Assembly: GCA_964019425.1 (NCBI GenBank)
Contig: OZ025796.1
Location: forward strand, 930,001-994,000
Direction: 5' to 3'
Length of the DNA: 64,000 bases
Source: Flectonema sp. DT1601
Taxonomy: Eukaryota
Part shown: positions 44,501 to 55,540 of the stretch, piece after piece
How the letters are laid out: each line of letters starts with the position of its first letter
Numbering within the stretch: position 1 is the first letter of the stretch
Translations under genes and position numbers: made by a program
Notes under the pieces: model-generated
Told to the model about the DNA's origin: nothing
Seen by the model: the letters and a program-made list of their open reading frames with translations, nothing else
The model's database searches: none

Positions 44501-47500
44501 TGGTTCACCAAACCCACAAACAATTCCCTTAGGATTGTCAGCGGGATAATGGATAGCAACTGCTGTACACTCTACAGCTGTTGCATGATGGGGAGTTAGC
44601 GACACTGTCACTAAATGTTGTCTTGCAAGTGGTTCTGTTTTCAGTCTGTAAAAACCAGCAGCAGAATACCCCGTTTCCGACATAACAAATAAACACCATT
44701 TTGAAAACCAATACCAAAGAGAACTAACAACTGGTGTCTTATATGGTACTACAGAAAGTGACTGACGAACTTGTTTTTTTGATCGAACAGATTTATTAAA
44801 TAATTTACTGTAAGCAGATGACATCATGTTATAAGAAATATTCATCTGCAAGGATGTTTCCAATAGACTTGATACAGCTGCAGTCGTGATGGGTTTGCGA
44901 GTTCTCGGAGGAGACGCATCTAATTTCGCTTGTTTCTCTGCTTTTAATAATAATCGTTTAGCTTCTTGAAGATTGTTTGCGACTTCCAAATCAACTTCGA
45001 TGTTTCCGCTTCCAATGCCTTCAGACTCAAGTTGATCATCAAGAAGACGAATAGAGTTGAGGATTGTATAGGTTTGCTTTAAAACAGATGAATGTTCTTC
45101 TCTTTGCCAAGTGATACTTTCAATACAAGATTTCAATGCTGACAGCGCAGCAGTTACAGTTGGTAAGGAATCGTTGATATCGCTGTGGATGTCATTTGTA
45201 TGATCATTTTCTATTCTATCAATTAGTCTTCTACAACAGTCTACAATAATTGAGACTACATGGTTCACTTGTAATCCTGTTGTTTGACTGGGTTGCCAAT
45301 TGCTTAGTAAAATATTTTTCAATAGTAAAAATAACTCTGAGAATGAAACCTCACTCTCAGTCGTCTTCTGATCTTTTATTCTTTCAGATAATCGTCTGCA
45401 GCAGACTACAGCGCATTGAACCAAATCATCAAAAGGAATATTTTCTTCAGATTGATCAAATGCAATTTTATAAATAACACAAAAGGCTTGGGCGACGTTA
45501 TCATAGACAGCTTCACAATACGGAGGATCAATACGAGAGAGTAATGAACAACAAGATGATATTCTCTTTGACAGGTAAAGACTATCCGTAGTAAACTCTT
45601 CTGAAAACAATTCTTGAATACTACCCGGAATTGTGTCGAGACCTTCTTGAGAATATGATATTCTTGTTCTTGGAGGAGACGCATCAAGGAATGCTTGTTT
45701 TGTTAGTTTTCTGATAATTGAATATGTTTCACACAAAACAGATGAGAGACTACCATCTGTGTCATTACATCCAGTACCTAATCCTTCAATTGATAATTGA
45801 TTGTCTAACTTAACTGATAGACTGTGAATCCGATGAACACATTCCATAGTTTCGTATTCATTCTCAGGAACTGTTTGAATTCCCTTAGAACACGACGCTC
45901 CTGAAGGCTCCCATTCATCAGCAGCAGCAACATTCTTCTTGTCTAGGCGTTCAATACGGGGTACACCAGTACCACATCCTACAGCCAATCCAATGTCACT
46001 TTTAATTGAAAATATGAGTTCCGATGTTGCTGTTTTCCTCGGCTTTAAGACCCTCAGTAGTAATATCTGAGCCTCCACATCAACATGAATAATCTCAATA
46101 TCAGTAACATGTTTTATATGTCTTTGTTGTAACATTCTCGTTAGAGCTGCTGCTCCAGTGAACTGTCTGGGAGTTTGAATCCAAATGAGTGGTTCTGGTT
46201 GGCTTATTGCAGTAGTATCGACTCCTCTAGAACTTAATACGTCAAGTTTAGTAACGGCATTGTGGATATTTAGAACTAAACTTCCATGCATTCCTTCTAT
46301 CTTCACTGCTACCTTCTCTCTCCCACCTGTGTAAGGAACAATGTATTGCTCGGTAACACCAAGGATGGTATTCTCTCCGTCAAGAACTTCTACTCGGAGG
46401 TCGAGTCCTGGAGAGAAGTTTTCCCGACCTCCATCAGATGGAATATTAAATACAGCTGGTGATTTCCCTTCACCCATATCACTAAGTGGTAATACGTAAG
46501 CAGGTTCAGATAATCCACATATCGTAAGTGAAATCTTAGCAGAAGGGGGTTGGAAGGTGCAGCTTGCAGCTGACACGGAAACGATGTTTTTCCTTCTGGG
46601 CGAAGGACTTGGAGAAGCGGTTTTTAATTCAAGTTGAAGATTTCCCAAAATATCATCTTCCGCGATTGCTGCAGCAAGACCTGCTCGTCTTTCAGTAATA
46701 GCTGAGCGGAGGTTCTCTTCAGTCAGGCGCATCTCTGTTTGGACCATATCGAGCTCACATTCTAAAGCTTTCGCAGGGTCAGTTAATATGTCATCAGTAT
46801 CCATAATACCTCCTTGTTTACCAAGTCTTTCTAGTTCTGTTTTAGCTCGTGGGATCATACCTTCCCAACCGTGAGGCATTTCTCCACTTTTTATAGCCCC
46901 CAGAGCAGTCACTATTTCATCACGATGTCTTTCTAAATTACTCTTTTTACTGTGTAGTTGATACCAGTATGCTTCAGGTTCATTTGAAGGCTTTCTTGCT
47001 ACTGACTTTGATGTTACTGTTGTTTGAGATCTCTTTCTGGGTGTTGTCGGTACCCATATATCAGAAGGTGATAGCATTCCGGGAGTTTTCACTGAAGTTG
47101 CTAAATATCCTTCACCCATGACGTGTGTAGTTTGAACTCCTTTGTTATTCTCATCGCGGAATGCATTTGATCTCATGATTGCTAGTTTGGTCAATCCTTC
47201 ATTCTCAGCAGCTACTTCTTTCAAAGCTTTCTCAAGGGCTTCTCGCCCTGGAGCTGTTTCTTTTAAAAGCAGCAGCAGCTCTTCATTTTCTGAATTTACT
47301 GATAACTGGGCCTCTGCCTTCCCAAGTTTGCTAGTGAGATCTTTAGCACGTTTATTGAGTGTGACATTTTCCTGTGCGACTCTGCGATTTTCAGCGAATA
47401 GACGATCGTTGTCAGTTAGTTGTTGAGTTGAGTTAGAGATCTGAGCGAGTGCATTAGCCAGCTCGAGGTCGTTTGCTGCGTTTTTACTTGTGATTTGCTC

Positions 47501-48547
47501 CAAGTGGGTTCCAAGCTGACGGAGTTCCTTTTCTAATATTTGACACCTTGACCTGGAAACATCTAAATCTTCAGAAAGTAAAACATTCTTGTCAACTGTC
47601 AGTTGTAGTTCTGCGCTCAGAGCAGTCAGTTTTCTCTCCGTTCCGGTGATGGCTGCTTCGAGTTCAAGTTTTTCTTTTTGAAGACTTATTTCGTGTGTGT
47701 GGTTTTCAATCCATTTTGATAATTCTGTTTCTGCAGTTGTTGCTCTTGTTGTTGCATCTTTACATGATTTCATCGCGTGCATCATCTTCTCTTCAGCATC
47801 TGTTGCTCTTAAGCAATCTTCTTTTGATGTCTTCTTTGCTATTTCTAACTCTTTCCGAAACAAACTAAAGTCTTCTCTTAATTTCGATAACTCTGATTGA
47901 GTTTTCGCAAAATCTTCAGCTACCTTGCCAGTCTTTATTGAGGGTAGAGTGTGACGGTTACTTTTCTTGAATGCTCGTAGACGCGGGTTTTTAGTTGTCT
48001 CATCATTCGGAATCTCACCATTTAATGCGATCCCGAGATCTCGTTGAAGTAGTCGAGTTTCAGCTTTGAGTGCCTTGTTTTCGACTTTTAATGAGTCAGT
48101 TTCTTTTAATATCTTTTCATATTCTGTCTCTATGTGAGGGAGTCGTTCTGCAGCATCTCTCATCCGCTGGAGATCAAAGTGTTGTTCGAGTCCCTCGCGG
48201 ATGTTTTTTTCACCAACCTGCTCGAGTCCATCTTTTAGCTTTTGGTTAGTAAGTAACTTGGTAACACTTTCTTGTTCTGCATCACAGTGAATCTGTGACA
48301 ACAATGAATCAGTTATTGCGTGGACCTGATCTACTTCTTGTGCTACAGGTGAACCAGATCGTGATAAGGATCTCTGTGAGGGAGTTTCTCGTGGGCTTCT
48401 TGTTGCTGGTGTTTCAATCATTAACGGTGGTCTTGGGACATTAGTAACAGACACAACTGGTGTCGTAGATGCTACAGTTGGTGGAGAAGTAATACAATAA
48501 TCATCTAATAGAGCTCTCAACTTTCCAGGGTCGGAGGGGGTCCTCAT
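38507..48547 (-). CDS. Very large (3346 aa) coiled-coil protein of unknown function
   Basis: 10-kb uninterrupted ORF with N-terminal and internal coiled coils and helical repeats; aacAG lies just upstream of the ATG. Confidence 0.75.
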   Translation of the reverse strand: MRTPSDPGKLRALLDDYCITSPPTVASTTPVVSVTNVPRPPLMIETPATRSPRETPSQRSLSRSGSPVAQEVDQVHAITDSLLSQIHCDAEQESVTKLLTNQKLKDGLEQVGEKNIREGLEQHFDLQRMRDAAERLPHIETEYEKILKETDSLKVENKALKAETRLLQRDLGIALNGEIPNDETTKNPRLRAFKKSNRHTLPSIKTGKVAEDFAKTQSELSKLREDFSLFRKELEIAKKTSKEDCLRATDAEEKMMHAMKSCKDATTRATTAETELSKWIENHTHEISLQKEKLELEAAITGTERKLTALSAELQLTVDKNVLLSEDLDVSRSRCQILEKELRQLGTHLEQITSKNAANDLELANALAQISNSTQQLTDNDRLFAENRRVAQENVTLNKRAKDLTSKLGKAEAQLSVNSENEELLLLLKETAPGREALEKALKEVAAENEGLTKLAIMRSNAFRDENNKGVQTTHVMGEGYLATSVKTPGMLSPSDIWVPTTPRKRSQTTVTSKSVARKPSNEPEAYWYQLHSKKSNLERHRDEIVTALGAIKSGEMPHGWEGMIPRAKTELERLGKQGGIMDTDDILTDPAKALECELDMVQTEMRLTEENLRSAITERRAGLAAAIAEDDILGNLQLELKTASPSPSPRRKNIVSVSAASCTFQPPSAKISLTICGLSEPAYVLPLSDMGEGKSPAVFNIPSDGGRENFSPGLDLRVEVLDGENTILGVTEQYIVPYTGGREKVAVKIEGMHGSLVLNIHNAVTKLDVLSSRGVDTTAISQPEPLIWIQTPRQFTGAAALTRMLQQRHIKHVTDIEIIHVDVEAQILLLRVLKPRKTATSELIFSIKSDIGLAVGCGTGVPRIERLDKKNVAAADEWEPSGASCSKGIQTVPENEYETMECVHRIHSLSVKLDNQLSIEGLGTGCNDTDGSLSSVLCETYSIIRKLTKQAFLDASPPRTRISYSQEGLDTIPGSIQELFSEEFTTDSLYLSKRISSCCSLLSRIDPPYCEAVYDNVAQAFCVIYKIAFDQSEENIPFDDLVQCAVVCCRRLSERIKDQKTTESEVSFSELFLLLKNILLSNWQPSQTTGLQVNHVVSIIVDCCRRLIDRIENDHTNDIHSDINDSLPTVTAALSALKSCIESITWQREEHSSVLKQTYTILNSIRLLDDQLESEGIGSGNIEVDLEVANNLQEAKRLLLKAEKQAKLDASPPRTRKPITTAAVSSLLETSLQMNISYNMMSSAYSKLFNKSVRSKKQVRQSLSVVPYKTPVVSSLWYWFSKWCLFVMSETGYSAAGFYRLKTEPLARQHLVTVSLTPHHATAVECTAVAIHYPADNPKGIVCGFGEPQPITIDINSSSSKHIHLRWSVLHLGNVVSTGYQKIEKKILLDCKSGVDTISEKMTVLLDKNPALLHVVCAPGVREMKSENFLHEHPIVSQTLVETNEGVDVGKTLLDCGSGRNISLALKSVSFSNSDMNKTISPVQIDIFNNSYTFRTVDEVISLDNVPTDFLYYQIEVDYSTNGFQSVKYSTVSLLTDLHEVLTDSFSRDVLISLYPVGRISSVDESVITIVLTIIGKSASPVYSLQNTPSHRDVFSPPTSHASEPDEFLERLSSTSQARGNINVPTWILKLTSVDITDGTLSTHYDVFLTLLASAGNTQLLFQDSYILLESGKSYFTINKDITIPYITDSHLVVKIVDRSTGVLHTSKSIHVDDIRSYSLKQITVDNYKLNVEAQKNRLFFSYTVQSLQFDPVLQRKPERMCKVVSALPGGNNSGSSWFSVPELQDSKIILSNSEYVECFTELTQHIGSVPVLFSVVIRCADTPNSVPRDKVFSGILPNLESVIGGCCEVIVRSDGNEKITISMSSIAFTERSRDTSHKGGTSVIRTPILRTPTHSVCSDDNDNDEGSPKHSGAQTGVQKTVLKRLQTRRERKQKQLNSSLSIQKEREPLAKESMFDNSFGTADDILAASFGSAASSRSGFSSPRRRAPRKVLKIASQLAPLTKKGSIVKGGTSLKNFTDSYLAEFKALEGGTACDGGDLAGEELDHEISPTLPPLPQQGIRNSNFETRFEDEFSLDSSSDQTQDECYPNCLWEDKLEPHVLPSWDPIFLYPKREVASYTEIDISGSAYDHSSFIDEIHISELSESRMDSCPVPSIHSLVCSDHYTTMNSHVEGPRSPFKRSSIAVNNSSQTTITESTVASTSTVQMTTAEACTYMTPLESYSMSMVDHSGRIVQPGSPRKPICVNKYVTCDLQSDQDINGLLNQLAETTTQRNHAERSADGLLKLVQDAAAREEDAKKEIAELQSKIECHQCNELRRELHTAERFLKKQEEAILTSVASIEAAERRVQQTSSQRPKDTLPGSLREYFNICESCPDEHKYNEMVIETQQLAKEASVSQQHRLNSMWALIASQEKMFQQRDKAAESAIVSLLADPVLYEMAQKGTSLGDNRIKVFKTYLDNSNYETTSSLIKILKKDSLLLSLLYEVVKNTPSEIELPPDDDPRREAFGRYINSNRDSPGRELIISDLVDIIQQDPDLLMSLSSSTSIQPKTYSDHLMNDRSDPDYENKVHSLVKIIHRDPSLCSELVSEMDERIAIIAEYVTVLNKSMVGNTTSTIPEIKMEAAQKVVDVILRDSLLTDLLSKEISFSETEGFDIIKSLTRYVQYSNTSDSWCRSPVIEKKRIAAATSVVQNILNDELLCSLLQQDKMGSIQAAFRRYNMMAMNSSKSDEDLRKAAHKVVDELLCDKVLADVTLSKIDRRRSNTPLTGSTVRSFADPKYSISPISVRTASDTPSIIAPPLLRESVGRQSDTIKELFTNYQRAKETNSGTDLVEAAASLAQILLDDDLLHCELKKFIRNDASQAANKLQQYELLQKSTPTDDENKSLVDAINELSVKNSQSEYQQRSLHQLYETASHQQDVIRKRDVAAVECITEILKDDILKGTCQRLLTRRSQQSDLIEKISEMEYCDEAIIVAASKVLAHPELADQCKQIVLQQDVVSRILGIPSQASPRRSQEAVNAAVDVIKEDKDLVNACKSMLLTDTNIVTNGLLARITGQHSSDEDEMRDLAVNIILSDEKMSSACQRVLISSDLITRITGTLPYLQTSDDFDRAAALVCEHSSLVAACLQRLEKRFRSPGIAITLSDGKLFPTKKLISEISGIPESHIELGKVKSDKHIMVISVFADTKEGAEELACGIATRCADPDDVMSVECNVIDVDILESSSLFDISPLEKVDVDNRLAWILKTRPSLVNDIFYLHSSLQLGKEHLPAALHTSNHILSTHLTEVERLHLGLSAIPSSPPDTKLSQRQIERLMNHSSATSPTRLRFASESPTSTMLSLSPPDSQ

Positions 48548-49152
48548 GTTTTAGCCCCCAGCCCTGTTTAATATAATTAAAAAATAACTATTAACGTCAT
48601 TTTTCGTTTTCCAACACAAAAAGAGTTCAAATATAAGTTTATGTTGATTTCGTTGTCATGAAAATGACTACTTTCGGTTTTCAGTGTAAAGAAATGGATG
48701 CTAATTATCTTTTTTTTTTTTTTTTTTTTTTTTTTCGATTAAAAAAAAAAGAACAGCTAATCAACTTCCATTCATAAATATCATAAAGGTACCTATACAC
48801 GAAACCTGTGAAACAAGTTTTGAGTAATAAGTACAATAAATTCGATTAAAGAGAGGAAGAGTAAAACAATAAGGAATTTAATATTTTGAATGGATCAGAA
48901 GAAACCAACAGTGAGAATGTGTAGCAACACAGCAAGCACAACCACAACAAGAATGGTTGAAAAATAATTGCATAAGGATTATAAAGTATTTTTTTTTACA
49001 AACACACTAACAGATAAAATAACAGAAAAACAGATTTAAAGAACTTGTTTTCTAAGTTTTTTTTTTTTTTTTTTTTGTTTACCATTTCCCACCGTTAAAT
49101 ACAATAGGTTAAAACAGAACCAATAAATAAAAAAAGTAAAATAAAAACATGA

Positions 49153-51649
49153 TCAGCTCTTCACCGAAACAGCCTGTAGTTCCTTTGGCTTTATAATTGT
49201 ACGAGGTACTGGATACGCCATCTCGTCTTCATCGCTTGATTCGTTCTTCCAGTAAGATATATCAGTCTGTGGTTGTTATTTTCGATTTCAGAGATTATTA
49301 TTTTCAAGTAAGTAAGATATGAAGGTATTCATACCCAGTTCCTTTCTTTTTGCTTCTGCGTATGTTCAGCTGCGTCTCTCTGTTGGATTTGATCATCCCA
49401 GACAGTCTGTAATTTCTTTTGTTCTTGCATTTTCCTCACCATTTGTTTGTGAAGGTTTTTGAATTCCTGTTTTTTTTTTTACGTTTTTTTTTAGGGTGGT
49501 TATTAAAAAGAAGAGAGAGGAACTGTTTGCTGACAATATTACACACCGCCATGCCGCTCTTTTTGAAATGATCATCTCTGCGAGAATCAATAAGCTTCTT
49601 GGTACGACTAGCAGCGTGTTCTTTGATGGTGACCATATTCGATTGTTGAACAGCAAGAGCTCTTTCTTTCTCACGTTTCTTTGCTTCGCGTTCGTTTTCA
49701 AACATTTCACCTCGAGAAGTTGCTTGAAAGAAGAAATCACCCGTATCTTGATTATCTGCTTCCTTCCTTGAGGCTCTAATAGCAGCACTCGTTGAAAGAT
49801 GATTTATGTAATCTTGCCGAATACGTTGTTGATTAGCATAACGGGATTCCTTCTCAACCTGGTCGCTTAATTTCCATGATCGTTGAAGTTGTTCGTTAAC
49901 TTCAGTAGCCTGGTCTTTTTCAAATTCCTTTACGTATTTTGATCTGTCGAGTTTCTCTTGAATTTGAGTTTTTAAGAAATTCAAATCAGGTGGTTCAGGC
50001 TGAAGTAGAGCACGCGATCCAAACAAGTCACCAGGTCCTAATATGTGTTGATCTCTTGTAGTGTTCATTGCCTTCTTATCGCGGACCATCTGAACGTTGA
50101 GTTCGAACATCTTTTGTGCCTGAGCACGAGATTTATAACGAGCTTCCATGTCTTTTTGCTCTTCGCTTGCAATCCAATTGCGGACGACTTGGGCTCTCCT
50201 GGCTTCTTGCACGTCATCAGAACGTTTCTTTTCTAGTTTTGATTGAAGCTGCGCATCCCAGGCGTCCTTGAAAGCTTTATTGCGAGCTCTACGATACCAT
50301 AGTTTAGCTCTTTTTGATCGTTGGTATGCAGTCATAGTACCTTGAGGGGTTGAAGCTGTGGAGAGGGCAGGTGAGTTTCTACCACAACCAGTTTCAATAG
50401 TTTTGAAATAATCTGATGCAGCGACAGGTTCCCCTTTATGTACACTACGATGACAATTACTACTAACATCTGTCTTTGTGTCTTCGGGATGTCGGGCTGG
50501 TGGGATTGGGATTTCAGATTTGTCACTGATGCTGGTTGGTTTAATACTGTGTGCTGGTCGTTTGTTGTTTATGTGTCCTGAAATGGTATTATTAGGTTGA
50601 GATGTGTTTTGATTATTATTTTGAACAGGTGGTGACAACTGCCACTCCGACAGAATTTCACGTATCTCGCGTACATTATCCCTGTCTTCCCTAACATCGA
50701 CAATACTGTTATGACTAGCACGTGAACTACACCTAGAAGAAGGAGGTCTAATGTGATCGTGAAGATCAGGTACTGGTGAATCATTCCTTTGAGATATAAC
50801 ACTACCAGCACTGGTAGGCCTTCTTCCGATATATTTTGGTTTCGTTGACGGAGGTGGTGCAGAAGGAGGCCTCTGCGGCTGCTTTCTTTGATCTCCCTGA
50901 GAAGCTTCTTGTTGTTTTTGTTGTTGTCGTTGAAGTTGTTTTTGTCTTTTAATCCTCAAAGTGTCTTTGTATTCATCAATCTTCTTTACATCCACCACGA
51001 GGTCAGATACTTGAGTTGAACCACCTGTGTAGGTGTCATTACCTTGCCAAATACCAGATTGGATCTGCTTGTTGTTTATTTTCTTTGTCATTTCTTCAAC
51101 TTTATTAGTAAATGATGTGTTCCACACAACTCGATATTTCCTTCCTGAGAATAGAACTTTTGAAAATCCAAAATCGATGCTTAATCGATTTCCTCTATAC
51201 GCCAGCTCTCCAATCTTACGGTGAATATCCTTTAGTGAATTATTAACAACATCTTTACCAACACCGGCCATGGTAGCTACATAGCAGTAATTCAGTATAA
51301 CTGAGACACCACCTTGCTGAGCTGGTGCTTTTTGTTTGCTTGGTCCGAGACAAAACTGTGAAACATAACAAGGCAGGAATATTAAAGTCGGAACCAAGAC
51401 AGTTTTTGTACCCCAAAGCAGGGCTTCAGATGCTATAAACTTTAGAAGGATGTGAGCGAATCCTGGTATAAGGACTCCCTTACGACATAGCAGCTGTGAT
51501 TCGACGTATTCACACAATGTGCTCCATACAAGTTTCAGCACTTCGTAGTCTACTCCCCTGCTAGAACCGGGTCGCATTGCAACCATCTGTAGCACATTAT
51601 CAATAGTCAAATACGGTTGTGGTGATGGAGAGGTTGATGGAGGTGCCAT
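49153..51649 (-). CDS. CCDC81-like protein (HU-like N-terminal domains + coiled coil), three exons: 51649-49547, 49466-49335, 49266-49153
   Basis: VWSTLCEYVESQL..KGVLIPGF and LNY..A...KD.V motifs. Two GT-AG introns (49467-49546, 49267-49334) restore a coiled-coil frame ending at TGA 49153. Confidence 0.72.
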
Positions 51650-51888
51650 TTTTGTGTAAACTGATTGGTAGTAGTTGTATTAAGTACATTAGTATTTCCT
51701 CAGAATCATTCAAACTCGCCTGTAAAATGAGAAAACCGAAAAATTACTATTTTTTTTTAGAAATAGCTTAATTAAGATCAACCACTCGCGGGCAAAAATA
51801 GAAGTCTCGTTGGTTTTTATTTTCGGATTATTGGTATACATCGACATGTTCACGTAAAGAAAGAAAAAGATGAAAAAAAAGAAGGGAC

Positions 51889-51923
<35 letters not shown>

Positions 51924-52220
51924 CAGTTCGACATTTGGCACTCGTTTAGCGGTATGAAAGAAAAAGTAGAAAAAACCAAGAAAAATGAATATCGGTGACT
52001 AAGCACACCATAATTTATATTTTACCTCTAAACACCAAGCAATCTGAATCAAAAAATGCTGAAGAAAGGACGTCATTTTCTGCGACTAAAGTTTTGGTGT
52101 AAAATCACAGATAACGAGCAATAGTGACCCCAAGGCATCTTTTTTGTCATCCTTAATGGACATCAATAGAGATGAATACTTGCAGTATGAGTAATGAATA
52201 ATAATAATAACCAACATGAA

Positions 52221-53255
52221 CTAAGCCCTAGCAGGGATTACCTTGGTGTTCCAGTAGTATGAACGATCACTGAAAACGCTAGCAAGTTGAATTCTTTCTG
52301 CGGCAGTAAGTGATGACTTCAACGCTTCGATATTCTGCTTAATATGATCTGGGTTTCCTGAACGAGGTACAATAGAAACACCCTGTTCTGTTATCCATTT
52401 TAGCAGAGTTGGGCTGTCTGTTTCTGTTTGATGTTCAAAACAAACGTGATGACCATATGCAGTTACAGCAACACCACGTTCACGACACCAATTTATAACA
52501 TCAGTTCTTGGATAGCGAGGATGCATTTCAATTTGATTGACAGCTGGAAGTTCATTTGTGTATTTCAACATCTCCTCCAAATGACTAACTTCATAGTTGC
52601 TTACTCCAACGGCTTTACATTTTCCTTCTTTTTTCAATTCGAGCATGTTCTCCCATGACTTCTTACGGGTTTCATATCCGTGGTCGACACCCAACTTTAG
52701 GAAGACGGTCATGATCGCCATGGAAGCATCGCAAACCCAAAAAGGTACTCTTTTCATTAAACCACCATAGTGAGGTAAGAAAGCAGTCCAAATCTCTGCT
52801 GGTGTCGTTGCAGGGGTATGAATAAGACATAAGTCAACATAGTCAAGACCAAGTTCTTTGAGACTCAGATCTACACCCTTATGTTCTTCTCCTTTGGTGT
52901 TCTCCACGCAGAATGGAAGGTTGGCAGGTTGTCCTAGAAAACATGTTGCGGTTGGGAAGAATCCAACTTTTGTCGTTACGAAGATCTCTTCTCTTGGAAC
53001 ATCAGTCTTGGACAGTGCTTTCCCAACAGGGATGTGGCTATCATATAACAAAGCAGTATCAATTGCTCGATATCCACTCTCTAATGCACTTAGAACTGCA
53101 TCTTCTGACTTCTCTTTCAAAATAGCCGTTCCTAATCCAATCAAGGGAATAGGATGTTCCTTCGCCACTGCTCTTCTCTTATCCTGTGGTAGGTACGATG
53201 CTACACCCGCACCAACACCCGTCGCTAATGCAAATCTGGTTGCAATCGAAAGCAT
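52221..53255 (-). CDS. Aldo-keto reductase
   Basis: IPLIGLGT, GYRAIDTA..Y, REEIFVTTK, DYVDLCLIH, GVSNY, PAVNQIEMHP. Confidence 0.92.
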   Translation of the reverse strand: MLSIATRFALATGVGAGVASYLPQDKRRAVAKEHPIPLIGLGTAILKEKSEDAVLSALESGYRAIDTALLYDSHIPVGKALSKTDVPREEIFVTTKVGFFPTATCFLGQPANLPFCVENTKGEEHKGVDLSLKELGLDYVDLCLIHTPATTPAEIWTAFLPHYGGLMKRVPFWVCDASMAIMTVFLKLGVDHGYETRKKSWENMLELKKEGKCKAVGVSNYEVSHLEEMLKYTNELPAVNQIEMHPRYPRTDVINWCRERGVAVTAYGHHVCFEHQTETDSPTLLKWITEQGVSIVPRSGNPDHIKQNIEALKSSLTAAERIQLASVFSDRSYYWNTKVIPARA

Positions 53256-53524
53256 TTTTTTTTAAAAAAAGTTGAGACTAGTAACAAAATGAGAATATAA
53301 ATATAAAAAAGAAAAAAAACGTCTTTTGGTTTACCCGCCACCTGCCAGCCATATTATTTTTAACAATAAACTCATTTTAACTGTTTTAGAAATTGTGGAT
53401 TCTAAAAAAAAAAAAAAACCAACAAAACATAAGAATACCTCTGAGACTTTAATTTAACTTAATTGCCCACCCCCTTTTTGTAAGTCTAATTACGTTCGTC
53501 AAAAATAGATTTCGATAATACCTT

Positions 53525-54364
53525 CTAAGATGGGAACGCTGTGACAATAATTCTTTGTTCAATACACCAGGTTTTAAAACACTTTCCTGAGTTTCCATAT
53601 TGAAGATTGTACAAGTCGCGTAATTCATCAAAACGAGTAGAGATTGGATCTGAAGCGCCGTATCTCCACAATGCGCATATCTTCGCTGTGAAAGACAGAC
53701 GTAGAAGCGTACAGAATGGGAACCAAGTAGCAAGAAGGTGAGTGATTTCAGACAGTGACATCAAAGCTTTCTGGTAATGTTTCAGATTCCAAGATTCAGC
53801 AGCAGATTCCTGAAGAGTAGCAATACTTTTAGGGAATTCAGGTGATGAAGTGTCTGGTGAAAGACACCGCTCGCATTGACAATTAAAGTCAAAGTGGTAC
53901 TTCAGATACTTCAATCTGGAAGGTAAATCCTCATAAATCACAGGACAGTAACTTAGAGTCAGTTCTTCTCCTTTCATAACAGGAGAAATCGCAGATACAA
54001 TAATAGAATTATCACCTAGGAAGTGATACGTGCAGTTAGGTTGGCAGCTGTGATTCAGTCTACTGGCTTCTTCAAATAAACCATAGTTCTCTGCTCCACT
54101 AGTCTGTGCCCATACACCATCATTGCATATTTCATAACAATTGCCTTGCAGCTTTGCTCGAAATGAGTCCCCTTGCAGTTGGTTTATTTTATTTTTGACT
54201 GTTTCATCAGAGGCTTCTGCCTTCAAGAGCAATGCTTTCCATCCATCTTTGACTGGTCCTACTATGATTGGTTGCTCTTTTAACACTAATTGACCTGCTG
54301 AGTGATTCTCACAAGCGAAAGCGCCAAGTCCCTTGCTGGGGGTATCATTTATTGTGAGTGGCAT
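53525..54364 (-). CDS. SET-domain (SMYD-like) methyltransferase
   Basis: KGLGAFA, SRLNHSCQPNC, GEELTLSY, post-SET FNCQCERC. Confidence 0.88.
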   Translation of the reverse strand: MPLTINDTPSKGLGAFACENHSAGQLVLKEQPIIVGPVKDGWKALLLKAEASDETVKNKINQLQGDSFRAKLQGNCYEICNDGVWAQTSGAENYGLFEEASRLNHSCQPNCTYHFLGDNSIIVSAISPVMKGEELTLSYCPVIYEDLPSRLKYLKYHFDFNCQCERCLSPDTSSPEFPKSIATLQESAAESWNLKHYQKALMSLSEITHLLATWFPFCTLLRLSFTAKICALWRYGASDPISTRFDELRDLYNLQYGNSGKCFKTWCIEQRIIVTAFPS

Positions 54365-55137
54365 TCAAAGTCTCTACCTGCTGAAAGTAATATTTAAGGA
54401 AAGCCAAAGACGATAAGACTGTTGAAAAGATAGTATAATTTCTATATATAGTGGCAGTTGTATACTTTTACCGTAGATTTTGATTGTTATCTCTTATTTT
54501 AGTTATTCGGCTTCAGTCTTCTCATAGAAACATTGACGTGATATCGGATGTCTGTAAAAATAAAAAATGAGATTAACAAGAATGTAACAGAGATTCATTT
54601 GGACTGGAACCGCATTTTCATGAAAAGCGTTTATGGACATCGTGAGTCGAAAAAAAAAAAATCAAAGAAATCAACAATGCTGATGCACTTTAACCTGCAT
54701 CCTCTAGGGAAAGCAGTACTATGAGAGGGAGTTGTTGTTTTTTTTTCCCTTCGGTGCTTATGCAAAATCTTCATATGCACATTAGTGTTTTTATTTTTTT
54801 TTGTTCTTCTTTTAGTTTCTTTGGATTTTTTTTTTTATTATTATTATTTTTTTCTTTTTCATTTTTTTTTTTTCTTTTAGTTTCTTTTCTTTTTCTTTCT
54901 TTCTTCTTTTTTTTTTTTTCTATTTCGTATTCATTTTTTTTTTCTATTTTAACGGCTTGCTCGTGTTACGAATTATCAATAAACAAGATTGTAGCCTTAT
55001 AGAGTCCAGCGTTTAGTATTTTGTATTGCAACGTACAATCGCCATAAGTTTTGTGATGGAAAGGCTATGAGCACGCTTCTAACTAAGATGTGTTCCTTTT
55101 ATTCTTGATTCCCATATGAGGATAATATATTACGAGA

Positions 55138-55168
<31 letters not shown>

Positions 55169-55198
55169 AGCGGAATATTGCTGTGTTGGATTTTTTGA

Positions 55199-55229
<31 letters not shown>

Positions 55230-55468
55230 GTTGTTGCTGGTTCTTTGTTTCCTGGAAAGCTGTATAATAATAGATTGAAAAGTGAATCATCAAAAATATG
55301 TGGGAAGAAACCACTCACATAATTCCTGTTTTTGTTTGCTTAACAAAATAGACAGGACGTTTCGATTTCTCTTTTCTTTTCTTTTAAAATAAAATAAAAT
55401 AAAATAAAATTTCCTCCTTACTTTTTCTATTTTCGAGGAAAAGTTGAGAGAGGGAGTATTTGCAATTA

Positions 55469-55540
55469 GACGAAATGGGTGGAGGAAATGGGTGGGGGGA
55501 AAACGGTGGACGAAATGGGTGGAGGAAATGGTGAGGAAAA
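55469..55540 (+). repeat. G-rich short tandem repeat (GAAATGGGTGGA-like units)
   Basis: gacgaaatgggtggaggaaatgg occurs twice, about six degenerate ~12-13 nt units in all. Confidence 0.75.
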
